Shown here one piece after another: positions 62,139 to 64,000 of a stretch of 64,000 nucleotides of DNA. The stretch spans positions 62,001 through 126,000 of the forward strand of contig JBEWZL010000306.1 in assembly GCA_045837725.1 (NCBI GenBank), given 5' to 3'. Source of the stretch: Vermamoeba vermiformis (lineage: Eukaryota). A model generated the notes under the pieces. That model was not told where the DNA came from. It saw only the letters and a program-made list of their open reading frames with translations, and ran no database searches. Each line of letters opens with the position of its first letter. The stretch's first letter is position 1. The position numbers and the translations under genes are program-made.

Positions 62139-64000
62139 CTAACTATCGCTATCACTGCTATCGCTGCTGTCACTACTATCACTACTATCACTACTATCAT
62201 CATCATTCATCATTGCAGCAGTATTGATCGCCTGTGTAGTCGTATTCGTCGGTTGTGAACTGAAATCCAGTGGATCGAGCACATCCATCGGATCCGCTGG
62301 TTGTGGCTGTGCCCCAACATCTTCCATATGCTGATCATTGCTATTATTGTTATGGGTTGGCTCAGGCGGTGGGATATAATCAAAGCTCATGATATCTCCC
62401 GCTGTCAGTTCACTCTCCTTGGTGCCACTGCCGTGCTCGTTGTTGCCGTTAAAATTGTTGTCCACGTGCGCCGTGTCATTGTCGCTCGATCCGTTCGAAT
62501 GGCTGTTCTCGAGTTCATCTCCCAAAAGTTTCGCAAAGTCTTCAAGTTCCGCGTCTTCGTTCGTCTTTTTCTTTCCCCGACCGTACGCACTGAGAGTTTT
62601 TCCGCCTCGTTTCGGATGTGCCGCCGGTTGTTTCGTCTTGGCGCCGCGTCCTTTGGCGGGTTTGGGCGCAGGAGCTGTTTCTTTCTTTTTGCTCGCCGTG
62701 CTGGCCTCGGGCGGTGAGACACTTGAGTGCGAGTTGACCGTGCCTGGTGGTGTCTGCACGGACTGTGGTGTCGTTGGTTCTGCCCCGCCCGGCGGTGTGA
62801 TTGGTGGTTCTATAAATAGATCACATTAATCGCCCGTCACTGTCATAAAAAAACCTCTCAAACATCACGTGTCAAAAATTTTTCACACAAGATCCAAACA
62901 CCATGACATCTCGATTGATAAGTATAACTGGCTTATATATATTCGTTACTATAATATAAAAATAACTTACTTCCATCTGCGCCATGTGCCCCTGGAACTC
63001 TGAGCTTGATCCGAACCTGTGAAAAAAATACGTGTCAATTACAATGTGAAAGTTAATCGAATGGTTAGGGCGCGATGATTTCCATAAAAGGCAATAGAAT
63101 CAACTCTCGGACGTACTCCACCAGCCTTTTTCGTGCTCGAGTCAGGCGTGACAGGTTGACCCCCTGCATTCGGCGACGACCCCGCGCTGTTAGTATACGG
63201 ATTATTGGGCTGCACGAGTGTGCCCTGTACTGTCCCCGTCGATGCCGCGACAGCACTGTGCTGCACGGACTTGAGTGCCGAGGCTGTGCTGCATTTAATT
63301 TGTTCCAACCGCATCGTGCCCGTCGTACTGTCAAACACGAGAATGCATTCGTTTTTGGCTGAATCATCGTACGTGCCATCAAAATGCTTAGGCTCGCCCT
63401 GGTTACGACGTTAGACAATGTTTCCTAAAAAGGAAATTGTGTTCATGAAAGAAAAAGTTTTGCAAAGTTAGGGTTGGAAAGATCTAGTAAATTCAAACTT
63501 GCCGAAACTAATAGAGATATAGTTATATATCTATAATATAGTATAATAGAAGTGCAATAGTATTATTTGCAAATTATTGTATTGTTCATAAGAGCAGTTA
63601 AGATTCAAGATTACTTAATGTATGGACACGAATTAAAATATTCCCATTCTTTCGTTATTTAATTAATTATTAAATAATAATATGATATATATGATTATTA
63701 AGGCTCAATATTTAATAGAAAAATTATTCCGATTTGATTTTTGAACGGGATCATGATTTTAGCGAATTACCGAAGCTTCCAACGATAAAAAAATTAAGTA
63801 GAGTATAAAGTATATGGAGTATATATATATTTTTCAGTATTAATTGGATTAAGCTTTGCAGTCATCGAAAATTAATAATTTGTGGCAAGATCGAGTGATT
63901 ACGATTTTAGCGGGAAGAATTTTGTCTTGTATTATTGATTATTACTATAATTATATTATTACCTGACTAGTTTGATACTGCAAATTAATATGCCGATCAC
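62139..64000 (-). CDS. Probable EAF (ELL-associated factor) family protein, 5' end outside window
   Basis: HFDGTYDDSAKNECILVFDSTTGTMRLEQI resembles the EAF domain C-terminal half; disordered middle and terminal (SSD)n tract. Confidence 0.55.

Noticed and set aside
62141-62210. 9-bp-period tandem repeat
   Set aside because: Encodes the terminal (SSD)n tract of the last gene.
1-64000. Impression of frequent GATC-containing words in introns, possibly linked to 6mA
   Set aside because: Cannot be quantified by eye; needs observed/expected k-mer counts and methylation data.

Overview
Gene-dense, intron-rich eukaryotic DNA with short AT-rich introns and standard genetic code; gene content suggests a free-living protist, plausibly an amoebozoan (inference). 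About 27 protein-coding genes were reconstructed by joining exons by eye. Housekeeping genes: threonine synthase, homoserine kinase, PRP8, RFT1, eIF5 and an ATP9/NEO1 flippase. Notable items: (i) a homolog of the p2 subunit of the MTA1c/AMT1 DNA 6mA methyltransferase complex apparently fused to a Tudor-like domain; (ii) threonine synthase and homoserine kinase head-to-head 68 bp apart; (iii) a five-copy tandem family of signal peptide + PA domain + ~7TM proteins, each carrying a U12-type intron at the same position, with traces of duplication, homogenisation and splice-signal drift; (iv) a 1.09 kb non-autonomous TIR element with an 8-bp TSD; (v) an intronless F-box/ankyrin gene of giant-virus-like architecture; (vi) an N-myristoylated, non-prenylated Rab-like GTPase; (vii) a MYRF-like membrane-tethered protein with a peptidase S74 autocleavage domain. 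No rRNA, tRNA or CRISPR could be supported. All family assignments rest on motif recognition, not database searches; CDS coordinates are gene spans including introns.
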